The translations under genes were made by a program, and so were the position numbers. From assembly GCA_041496385.1 (NCBI GenBank), contig JBGQEL010000079.1, positions 1 to 20,012 on the forward strand: a DNA stretch of 20,012 bases, written 5' to 3'. Within the stretch, counting starts at the first letter, position 1; every line of letters starts with the position of its first letter. Under the pieces are notes generated by a model. That model was not told the origin of the DNA and ran no database searches. It worked only from the letters and a program-made list of their open reading frames with translations. The stretch is from Candidatus Methylomirabilia bacterium (GTDB lineage Bacteria; Methylomirabilota; Methylomirabilia; Rokubacteriales; CSP1-6). Below are positions 1 through 7,494 of the stretch, in pieces.

Positions 1-1470
1 CATCTGAACACGCTGCCCGAGGCCGGCCGGCTCCAGCCGGGACTCAGCGAGCGCGCCCGGGAGGCGGTGGGCGTGCTGCTCGCCCTGATCGAGGAGGGTC
101 GCGTCGGGCCGCGCGTGCTTCCGGCGCTGCGGGTGCACCTCGACTGGATCCAGTACCGGGCGAACTTCCGCGATCCCGTGATCGCCCGCCGGGCCACCGA
201 CGCGCGCGGCGAGTCGCGGGCGCTGGCCGAGATCGCCATCGACCTGCGCCAGGCCGACCCCGCGCGCCTGCGCGAGGCGCTCGCCGAGGCGCTGGCCGCG
301 GTGAGCCCGGAGCCGCTGGGCGCGCCGCCCTTGGCGCCCGACCGGGTCCATCTCGAGCCGTTCGTGCCGCTCCGCGACGACGTGATCTGGCGCTTCAACC
401 GACTCTTCTGGCAGCGCGTGGCCGACTGGGAGGCGGCGACCGGCCGGGGCTTCGAGCAGGCCCTGCCGAGCGGGCAGTCGGACGCGAACCATCCCGAGGC
501 GGTCGCCGACTCGGTCGCCGACTTCTGGACGCTCCTGCGCGATCTCGACAAGCGGGGTCAGCTTCCGGCCGAGCTCTTCGCCCTCGAGATCGGCGTGGGC
601 TCGGGCACGCGCGCCGCCCGCTGGCTCGACCGCTTCAAGGCGCTCGACGAGGAGCGGAGCACCGGCTACTATCCGCGTCTGCGCTTCCTCCTGGGCGACT
701 ACTCGATGTCGACGCTCGACCGCGCGATGGCGGCGCTGGCTCACCACCGCGACGCGGTGAGCGTGATCGGCATGGACGCGCTCGATCCGTTGCGCACGCT
801 GGCATTCCTCCGCTACAAGGTGCTCTACGTCCACCTGACGAATGTCTACGACAACCTGAGCCACGACGAGCTCGTGCGCCGCGAAGGCCGCCTGCACCTG
901 GTCGAGACGCGCGCCTACCTGCACGGAGCGGACGCGGCCCGCCTCGCGTCGGCGGCGGGCGTGGCCGTCGCCGAGCTGCCGCGGACGGTCGAGCGCCTCC
1001 TCGAGAGCGGCCCCGATCTGTTCGGCGACCGCGGACGCGGCGTCGCCTTCTGGCGGGACGTGTGGGCGGCCCTCCGCCTCGAGGAGCGCCTCGTGGCGCT
1101 CGACGCGGTGACCGACGTTCCCCTGCCGCGCGGGCTCGATCAGAGCCACCTCGAGGACCTGCTCGGCGAGGCGCCCGACGACGTGCGCTTCCACCTCTCC
1201 CGGGGCGCCGCCGAGAGCTTCGTCAACACGCTGCCGCTGCTGCATCCGCGCGGTTACCTCCAGGTGCAGGACATCTTCGTCACCGCCATGAGCGAGTACC
1301 GGCACGGCTTTCGGGGGCCCGGCAAGCTCGACGGCTCCGTGGTGAGCTGGGTGAACGGCGCGCTCCTCCGCGCGGTGGGGGCGCGGGCCGGGTACGACGT
1401 GCACTTCGCGCCGTTCCGCTACCGCGCCGGCTCGCGCACGTCCATCCTCTACACCACGCCGCGCGACTGA
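1..1470 (+). CDS. Class I SAM-dependent methyltransferase-like protein (loosely MidA/NDUFAF7-like) with an uncharacterised N-terminal region; 5'-truncated by the window
   Basis: Frame 1 is open from base 1 (HLNTLPEAGR...), so the GTG at 67 is probably internal. It has motif I ALEIGVGSG, an acidic residue after strand 2 (LRFLLGDYS), MDALD and NVYD, with GC3-rich codons. The stop lies 10 nt before the next ATG. Confidence 0.7.
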   Translation, partial: HLNTLPEAGRLQPGLSERAREAVGVLLALIEEGRVGPRVLPALRVHLDWIQYRANFRDPVIARRATDARGESRALAEIAIDLRQADPARLREALAEALAAVSPEPLGAPPLAPDRVHLEPFVPLRDDVIWRFNRLFWQRVADWEAATGRGFEQALPSGQSDANHPEAVADSVADFWTLLRDLDKRGQLPAELFALEIGVGSGTRAARWLDRFKALDEERSTGYYPRLRFLLGDYSMSTLDRAMAALAHHRDAVSVIGMDALDPLRTLAFLRYKVLYVHLTNVYDNLSHDELVRREGRLHLVETRAYLHGADAARLASAAGVAVAELPRTVERLLESGPDLFGDRGRGVAFWRDVWAALRLEERLVALDAVTDVPLPRGLDQSHLEDLLGEAPDDVRFHLSRGAAESFVNTLPLLHPRGYLQVQDIFVTAMSEYRHGFRGPGKLDGSVVSWVNGALLRAVGARAGYDVHFAPFRYRAGSRTSILYTTPRD

Positions 1471-1480
1471 GGCCGACGCC

Positions 1481-2497
1481 ATGAGCCAGGCACCGACCGC
1501 GCCGCTCCTGCCCACCGCCGTCATCGGCAGCTACTCGATGTCGGGCTGGCTCGAGCGGGCGAAGAACGACTACCTCCTGCGCCGCCTGAGCCGCCACGAT
1601 CTGGACGAGATCCACGACGCGGTGGTCAAGGCCGCCATCAAGGACCAGGAGGTGGCGGGCGTGGACGTCGTCTCGGACGGCGAGCTGCGCCGCGACAACA
1701 TGATCGACAACTTCGCCGTTCGCCTGCCCGGCGTCCAGATCGACCACGCCTCGAAGAAGTTCTACTACGACTTCTACGACAGCGTCGTGCGCGCCCGCAT
1801 GCCGAGCGGGTCGCTCGGCCTGGTCGAGGAGTTCCGCGTCCTCCGCCGGTTCACCGACCGCCGGGCGAAGATCTCCGTCACCGGCCCCCACTCGCTGGTC
1901 AAGCGCATCCGCAACGAGTACTACCCGAGCGAGGAGGCGTTTGCGCTCGACATCGCGCGGGTCCTGAACCTGGAGCTGCGCGAGCTGGTCAAGGCGGGCG
2001 CCACCGACATCCAGATCGACGAGCCCTACTACTCCGGCTTCCCGGAGGACGTGCCGTGGGCGGTCAAGGCCGTCAACGTCGTGGCGGAGGGCGTGGACGC
2101 CCGCGTCTCGCTCCACGTCTGCTACGGCAACCGCTACGGCAAGCCCTCGTGGGAGGGGAGCTACCGCTACCTGTTCCCGGCGGTCCTCGACGCGCGCGTG
2201 CAGCAGCTCACGCTGGAGTTCGCGCGCCGCGGCGAGGACGACGTCCGGCTGTTCCGCGAGTTCGACTCGTCCCTCACGCTGGGGCTCGGCGTCATCGACG
2301 TGAAGAGCCACGACGTCGAGACGCCGGCCCTGGTGGCGGAGCGCATCCGTGCCGCGCTCGAGCTGGTGCCGGCCGAGCGCCTCGCGGTGAATCCCGACTG
2401 CGGCTGCCTGCACCTGCCGCGCGACGTGGCCTTCGCGAAGCTCTGCGCGATGGTGGAGGGCACGCGCCTGGTGCGGCGCGAGCTGACGGGACGATGA
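1481..2497 (+). CDS. Cobalamin-independent methionine synthase, catalytic (core) domain only
   Basis: 338 aa. Motifs TAVIGSY, QEVAGVDVVSDGELRR, VTGPHSL and IQIDEP are present, as are the Zn/homocysteine ligands HVC, LEF and NPDCG. There is no N-terminal folate-binding barrel. GAGG RBS upstream. Confidence 0.9.
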   Translation: MSQAPTAPLLPTAVIGSYSMSGWLERAKNDYLLRRLSRHDLDEIHDAVVKAAIKDQEVAGVDVVSDGELRRDNMIDNFAVRLPGVQIDHASKKFYYDFYDSVVRARMPSGSLGLVEEFRVLRRFTDRRAKISVTGPHSLVKRIRNEYYPSEEAFALDIARVLNLELRELVKAGATDIQIDEPYYSGFPEDVPWAVKAVNVVAEGVDARVSLHVCYGNRYGKPSWEGSYRYLFPAVLDARVQQLTLEFARRGEDDVRLFREFDSSLTLGLGVIDVKSHDVETPALVAERIRAALELVPAERLAVNPDCGCLHLPRDVAFAKLCAMVEGTRLVRRELTGR

Positions 2498-2535
2498 GCC
2501 GGGCGCGGGCGCGGCGCCCGCCCGCCCGCTGACGC

Positions 2536-3984
2536 ATGGCCAACCCGCTCGCCGCGGCGCTCGGCGCCCGCCGCTTCTGCTACGTCGTCGAGCTCGTGGC
2601 CTCCGGCCTCAAGCGCGAGGCCCAGGTGCTCGAGGTGGCCTCCCGGCTGGCCGGCCTTCCCCATGTCGTCGCCGGCAGCATCACGAGCTACGCGGGCGGC
2701 GCCATGGGCCACGACCCGATCCGCGTCGGCACAGCCGCGCGCGCGCGCGGCCTCGCGCCCAACGTCCACGTCACCTGCGTGGGCCAGGACCGGCACGGGC
2801 TCGCCAAGACGCTCGAGGACCTGAACGCCCTCGGCATCGACAACGTCTTCGCCCTCACCGGCGACTACCCGCAGCGGGGCGCGGGCGCCGCCGAGCCGGT
2901 CTTCGACCTCGACTCCGTCCAGCTCGTCCGGCTGATCGCCGAGATGCGCCGCGCGGGGATGCCGTTCCACATCGCCGTCGCCGTCTCGCCCTTCAAGTAC
3001 GTCGAGGCCGACTGCGTCTACCAGTACCTCAAGCTCGAGAAGAAGATCGCGGCCGGCGCCGACTGCGCGATCACGCAGGTCGGCTGGGACAGCCGGAAGT
3101 TCCGCGAGCTCCAGACGTACCTGCGCGAGCGGGGCCTCGCCATTCCCGTGCTCGGCAACGTGTACGTGCTGGGGCTCCGCGCGGCGGAGAAGATGGCGCG
3201 GGGCGAGCCGCCGGGCTGCTGGGTGGCCCCGGCGCTCCTCGAGCGCGTGCGCCGGGAGAGCGCAGCCGCCGACCGCGGGCTCGGCGCGCGGCTCGAGCGC
3301 GCGGCGCGGCTGGTCGCCGTCCTGCGCGGGCTGGGCTACGCGGGCGCCTACCTCGGCGGCACGCACGACGCCGAGCAGGTCGCCTGGATCATCCGCCGCG
3401 GCGAGGAGCTGGCGCCGCGGTGGGAGGAGCTGGCGGGTGAGCTCGACTTCGGAGACCACGGCGGCTTCTACCTGAGCGAGCGCGCCGCGCGCGGGGCCGG
3501 GCGCCCGGCCGGACGCGCGCCGGCCGCCCGCGCCGGCCGGCTCCTCACGCGCGTCCTCGACCTGCTGGGGCGCCTGGCCCCGGTCAGGCGCGACACCCCG
3601 CTGCGCCGGCTGCTCCGCGCGCTCTCGGCCTGGGCCGCGCGGCGGCCCGCGGTCGCCGCCGGCGTCGAGCGGCTCGAGCTGGCGGTCAAGCGGCCGCTCT
3701 TCGGCTGTCAGGCCTGCGGCAACTGCGTCCTCGGCCACCTGGAGTACGTCTGTCCGCAGACCTGCCCCAAGCAGATGCGCAACGGGCCCTGCGGCGGGAC
3801 GCACTTCGGCCGCTGCGAGGTGGTCGACCGGCCATGCATCTGGGGGACCGTGTACGAGCGCGCCCGGGCCAACCGGCGCGTGGACGACCTACGGGTTTAC
3901 GTGCCGCCGCCGGAGCGCGCGCTCCAGGGCACCAGCTCCTGGATCAACTACTTCCTCGAGAAGGACAGCCGGCCTCGCCCCTAA
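2536..3984 (+). CDS. metF: Methylenetetrahydrofolate reductase with a fused C-terminal Cys-rich MetV-like (MTHFR_C) domain
   Basis: MetF motifs VVEL, HVTC, ALTGD, KLEKKIAAGADCAITQ. The C-terminus carries an 8-Cys motif, CQACGNC..VCPQTCPKQMRNGPCGG..RCE..PCIW. Confidence 0.88.
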   Translation: MANPLAAALGARRFCYVVELVASGLKREAQVLEVASRLAGLPHVVAGSITSYAGGAMGHDPIRVGTAARARGLAPNVHVTCVGQDRHGLAKTLEDLNALGIDNVFALTGDYPQRGAGAAEPVFDLDSVQLVRLIAEMRRAGMPFHIAVAVSPFKYVEADCVYQYLKLEKKIAAGADCAITQVGWDSRKFRELQTYLRERGLAIPVLGNVYVLGLRAAEKMARGEPPGCWVAPALLERVRRESAAADRGLGARLERAARLVAVLRGLGYAGAYLGGTHDAEQVAWIIRRGEELAPRWEELAGELDFGDHGGFYLSERAARGAGRPAGRAPAARAGRLLTRVLDLLGRLAPVRRDTPLRRLLRALSAWAARRPAVAAGVERLELAVKRPLFGCQACGNCVLGHLEYVCPQTCPKQMRNGPCGGTHFGRCEVVDRPCIWGTVYERARANRRVDDLRVYVPPPERALQGTSSWINYFLEKDSRPRP

Positions 3985-3990
3985 TGCATC

Positions 3991-4028
3991 TCGCCCCGAA
4001 GAGGAGCAACGCCTCCTCCTCGGGGCGA
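3991..4028. terminator. Hairpin between convergent genes, probable bidirectional terminator
   Basis: TCGCCCCGAAGAGGAG / CTCCTCCTCGGGGCGA form a 16-bp stem with one mismatch and a 6-nt loop, between the metF stop (3984) and the pal stop (4037). No strong U-tract. Confidence 0.7.
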
Positions 4029-4036
4029 CCGTGGAT

Positions 4037-4594
4037 CTATTGACCCTTCACCAGGAAGTGGGCGCGGCGATTCTGGGACCAGCAGGTTTCGCTCGAGTCC
4101 GTGCAGGAGGGATGTTCCTTGCCGTAGCTGATGATCACGATGCGACTCGACCGGACGCCCCGCGCGACCAGATAGTTCATCGACGCACGCGCGCGCCGAT
4201 CGCCGAGCGCGAGGTTGTACTCGGTCGTCCCGCGCGGGTCGGTGTGGCCCTCGATGAGGAGCATGTAGCTCGGGTTCGACTTCAGCGACTCGGCGTTCGC
4301 GTCGAGCACCTGAGCGTCTTCCGAACGGATGTCGTACCGATCGAAGTCGAAGTGGATATCCCTGAGCTCCGCCATCTCGACGAATTCCTTCGGGTTCGGC
4401 CGGGAGAGTGCGCCCTGGGTCATCGCGGCGCGACTTCCGTCGGTTGACCCGCCGGGCGTTGCCCCGGCCATCGCCCCGCCGGCCATCGACGGCGACACGT
4501 CCGCCCCCGACGTGGTCGTCTGGGCGCAGCCGGCAAGCATCGGCGCCGACGTCAGCAGCAACACGAGAACGATCCGCGGAAACCATTCCACCAT
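4037..4594 (-). CDS. pal: Peptidoglycan-associated lipoprotein (Pal/OmpA C-terminal domain)
   Basis: Lipobox MLAG-C. OmpA-like motifs IHFDFDRYDI, IEGHTDPRGTTEYNLALGDRRA, SYGKEHP and QNRRA. The ATG at 4594 is preceded by GGAAGGAAGG. Confidence 0.9.
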   Translation of the reverse strand: MVEWFPRIVLVLLLTSAPMLAGCAQTTTSGADVSPSMAGGAMAGATPGGSTDGSRAAMTQGALSRPNPKEFVEMAELRDIHFDFDRYDIRSEDAQVLDANAESLKSNPSYMLLIEGHTDPRGTTEYNLALGDRRARASMNYLVARGVRSSRIVIISYGKEHPSCTDSSETCWSQNRRAHFLVKGQ

Positions 4595-4664
4595 AGTTCC
4601 TTCCTTCCATTCGCGCTGGGTGAAGACCACGGCCCCGTCACGGGGCGTGGGCGACGAAACCAAG

Positions 4665-4680
4665 TGCACATCCGATGCCG
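4665..4680 (-). promoter_or_regulatory. Possible sigma54 (-24/-12) promoter for pal
   Basis: The minus strand reads CGGCATCGGATGTGCA, a GG-N10-GC with GGCA and TGCA flanks, about 70 nt upstream of the ATG. Confidence 0.4.
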
Positions 4681-4865
4681 CGTGACAACGGGCGAGATGT
4701 GGTGCCGGATCGGCCGACGACTCGGCTGGGTGGGGCGTCGGGGCCTCGGGGTCGCGGGTTCAGGCTGCCAGAACGTCAACGGCGCGGGACATGACGGCAC
4801 CGCTTCGGCGGCGACCACCTTTCGGCGGCCAGTCCGCGGCTGCCGGCCCCGCGGCCGTGTTTACC

Positions 4866-5321
4866 TCACGCGAGCGCGTCGACGGCGGACAGCTTGGCGA
4901 TGATCGAGACGCAGGCCTCCGCCAGCTCCTCGCCCTTGATCCGCATGTGCTGCTTGAAGAACTCCGCGTGGACGGCGTGCTCGTGAAAATGATGCGGCGT
5001 CAGCACCGCGGAGAGAATCGGGACCTCGGTTTCCAGAGAGGTCTGCACGATGCCCTGGAGCACGGCCTGGGCGACGAACTCGTGACGGTAGATTCCGCCG
5101 TCGACGACGAGGCCGCTGGCGCACACGGCCGCGTACCGGCCGGTCTTGGCGAGCTTCTTGGCCATGAGCGGAATCTCCAGGCTGCCCGGCGCCGAGAAGA
5201 CCTCGACGCTGTCCGCGCCGTAGCCGTGCTTTGCGACCGCGGCCATGAATGCCTGCCTGCAGTGATCGGTGATCTCGGTGTGCCACGATGCCTGCACGTA
5301 CGCGATCGGCTTCAGCGTCAT
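4866..5321 (-). CDS. ribH: 6,7-dimethyl-8-ribityllumazine synthase, type II (RibH2)
   Basis: IAYVQASWH, PGSLEIPL, VVDGGIYRHEFVA and VLTPHHFHE match the Brucella-type RibH2 signature. The ATG at 5321 overlaps the upstream stop (ATGA) and has a GGAGG RBS. Confidence 0.93.
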   Translation of the reverse strand: MTLKPIAYVQASWHTEITDHCRQAFMAAVAKHGYGADSVEVFSAPGSLEIPLMAKKLAKTGRYAAVCASGLVVDGGIYRHEFVAQAVLQGIVQTSLETEVPILSAVLTPHHFHEHAVHAEFFKQHMRIKGEELAEACVSIIAKLSAVDALA

Positions 5322-6415
5322 GGTGCCCTCCACTTCTGGATCGCTTTGTCATCCCACGCGATGCCGATCCCCGGTCGTGACGGAGCGGAGACCGCTCCGC
5401 CGACGGGCCGGAGCGGCTCGGCCAGAACCGGATCGGCGACGTTCGTGTATTCCAGCCAGCCGCACAGGGGACTGACGGCGAGCAGATGCGCGCTCACCTC
5501 GTGGAACAGGTGGCTGGACACCTCGACCCCATAGGTCTGCGCCAGGGCGGCCGCCGCCAGCCAGCCCGTGACGCCCCCGATCTGCTGCGCATCGATCATG
5601 ACGAGGTCGGAGGCGTCGCAGCGCAGCGCCTCATGCATTTCGAACGCGCCCGAAAAGTTCTCGCCGATCTGGACCGGCGTCGCGAGGGCGGCGGCGACGC
5701 GCGCACATCCACGGAAGTCGTCGGCGCGCACGGGCTCCTCGATCCAGCAGAGGCCTTCGTCGTCCAGCGCCCGGCCGCGCCGGATCGCCTCCGCCACCGT
5801 CAGGCTTTGATTGAAGTCGGCCATGAGCATGACGTGCGCCGGAATGCTCTGCCGGGCCGCCCGCACCGCGGCCAGATCGTCGGCGAACGCGTCCCGGCCG
5901 AGCCGGATCTTGATCGCCGGCAAGCCCTCGGCGGCCAGCGTGGCGGCCGCCTCGGGGACCTCGGAAACCGGGATGACCCCCACGCCGTGGCCGAGGTAGG
6001 CGCGCACCGGCCTGGGCGCGCCTCCCAGCAGACTCACGAGCGGCCGGCCGGTTGCCTCGCCGAGGGCATCCCACGCCGCCATGTCGAGTCCGGACAGGGC
6101 CATGCCGATGAGGCTGCGGGCGCCGAGCAGCGTGAACCGGCGACGGAGCTTGCGGTTCAGCTCGACCGGCGCCAGCGGATCGTTTGCGATCATGCCGCCC
6201 ATCGCCAGCACGAGGTCGGCGAGCGGCTTCAGCGTCAGCTCCTGGTAGCCGAAGAGATAGGCGCGCCCGATCACGCCCTCCACGGTCCGGAGATCGATCA
6301 GGAGGAGTGGGGCGCCGGTCATCGTGCCCGACGCGGTGCGAATGGGCCACTGCAGCGGGACGACGACCGGATGGACGACGACGTCGCGCACGTGCAGGGC
6401 CGCCTGGGCATTCAT
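5318..6415 (-). CDS. Mandelate racemase-like enzyme (enolase superfamily, MR subgroup)
   Basis: The N-terminal cap resembles MdlA (APLLLIDL, GLDMAAWDA). Metal ligands are D (MADFNQ), E (WIEEP) and E (IGENF), with catalytic His (SSHLF) and Glu (LEY). The KxK motif reads KIR. Confidence 0.88.
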   Translation of the reverse strand: MNAQAALHVRDVVVHPVVVPLQWPIRTASGTMTGAPLLLIDLRTVEGVIGRAYLFGYQELTLKPLADLVLAMGGMIANDPLAPVELNRKLRRRFTLLGARSLIGMALSGLDMAAWDALGEATGRPLVSLLGGAPRPVRAYLGHGVGVIPVSEVPEAAATLAAEGLPAIKIRLGRDAFADDLAAVRAARQSIPAHVMLMADFNQSLTVAEAIRRGRALDDEGLCWIEEPVRADDFRGCARVAAALATPVQIGENFSGAFEMHEALRCDASDLVMIDAQQIGGVTGWLAAAALAQTYGVEVSSHLFHEVSAHLLAVSPLCGWLEYTNVADPVLAEPLRPVGGAVSAPSRPGIGIAWDDKAIQKWRAP

Positions 6416-6825
6416 CGCAAGTACACGCCGCTGGCCCGCACGATACGGATGGAATTGACGACGAGGTATACATTGACGAACGCCAGCCGGCCGCCGATGC
6501 GCTGGACATCGGCGCGGCTCTCGACCCAGTCGCCGACGCGGGCGCTCCCGGCGAAGTCGGCGTCGATGTGGGCAGTCGTGAGCGTCAGCGGCGGGTCCTC
6601 GGTATAGGCGGCGGCATATCCCAGGGCGATGTCGCAGAGAGTGAGCAGCAGACCGCCGTGGGCCAGCCCACGGGCGTTGGCGTGCTTCGGGGAGATTCGC
6701 AGGCCGATCGCCAGCCCGCCTTCGTGTTTGCGAGAGTAGAACGGACCGAGGGCGTCGAGAAACGGGCTCGTCCGGAACAGGGGCTCGAATCCCGTCGGAA
6801 TCTCCGGGGGCTCGTTCGAGGACAT
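6412..6825 (-). CDS. PaaI-family hotdog-fold thioesterase
   Basis: This is the last 137 aa of the long track ORF (MSSNEPPEIP...). It has HANARGLAHGGLLLTLCDIALG. The start overlaps the TetR stop (TGATG) and the stop overlaps the racemase start (ATGA). Confidence 0.9.
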   Translation of the reverse strand: MSSNEPPEIPTGFEPLFRTSPFLDALGPFYSRKHEGGLAIGLRISPKHANARGLAHGGLLLTLCDIALGYAAAYTEDPPLTLTTAHIDADFAGSARVGDWVESRADVQRIGGRLAFVNVYLVVNSIRIVRASGVYLR

Positions 6826-7421
6826 CAGCTGCGCCGGGCGCGGCGGCGAGGGGAGAACCGCGCCTCCAGCCCCGCCGCGAGGGACGCCCCGCTGTCGAGG
6901 AGCGGCGCCTGCGCTCCCCGCGCGCGCGCCAGCACGAGGCCGCCCTCCAGCGTCGCCACGACGAGCTGCGCGGTGGCGCGCCGCTCCCCCCGCGGAACCT
7001 CGTCGAGACCCTCGGCGATGACGTCCACCCAGCGGTCGAAGATCCGCCGGCACGCCTCGCGGAGGGCCTTCGATTCTCGATCGAGGTCCAGCGTGACGGC
7101 GGCGACGGGACAGCCCCGCGTGAACCCGTTCGCCTCCAGCCCGGCGGCGGTCTTGGCGAACAAGGTGCGCACCTTCGCCCCGACGCGCCCCTTGCCGTGA
7201 AAGACGTCGCGGAAGCTGTCGCCCACCGTCCGCTCCGCCACGCGGAGGGCTTCCGTCACGAGCTCCTGCTTGCCGCCGGGGAAGTAGTGATAGACGGAGC
7301 CCTTCGGGGCCCGGCTGGCGTCGACCAGTCGATTGATGCCGGCGCCGAAGAGGCCTCCGCGCCGCAGGAGGTCGAGCGTGGCGAGGACCAGCCTCGTCTT
7401 CGGCGGAACCTGCTCCCGCAT
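6825..7421 (-). CDS. TetR-family transcriptional regulator (LmrA/YxaF-like)
   Basis: HTH motif APKGSVYHYFPGGKQEL, with C-terminal GCPVAAVTLD and LEGGLVLARA typical of the LmrA/YxaF subfamily. Confidence 0.92.
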   Translation of the reverse strand: MREQVPPKTRLVLATLDLLRRGGLFGAGINRLVDASRAPKGSVYHYFPGGKQELVTEALRVAERTVGDSFRDVFHGKGRVGAKVRTLFAKTAAGLEANGFTRGCPVAAVTLDLDRESKALREACRRIFDRWVDVIAEGLDEVPRGERRATAQLVVATLEGGLVLARARGAQAPLLDSGASLAAGLEARFSPRRRARRS

Positions 7422-7444
7422 GTAGGCGACGTCCCTCTCGACGT

Positions 7445-7466
7445 ACTATATAGACTGGTCTAGATA
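7445..7466. promoter_or_regulatory. TetR operator (LmrA/YxaF-box-like) in the divergent promoter region
   Basis: ACTATATAGACTGGTCTAGATA, containing the inverted repeat TAGAC-TG-GTCTA. It is an AT-rich island in the 73-bp gap and overlaps a TATAGT -10-like hexamer on the minus strand. Confidence 0.8.
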
Positions 7467-7494
7467 TGGAGTCAAACCAGCCAAGGAGGCCCTC

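Noticed and set aside
4595..4865. 270-bp gap between pal and ribH2 as a possible ncRNA or small gene
   Set aside because: No recognisable riboswitch or tRNA structure, and the short ORFs there lack an RBS and coding-like composition.
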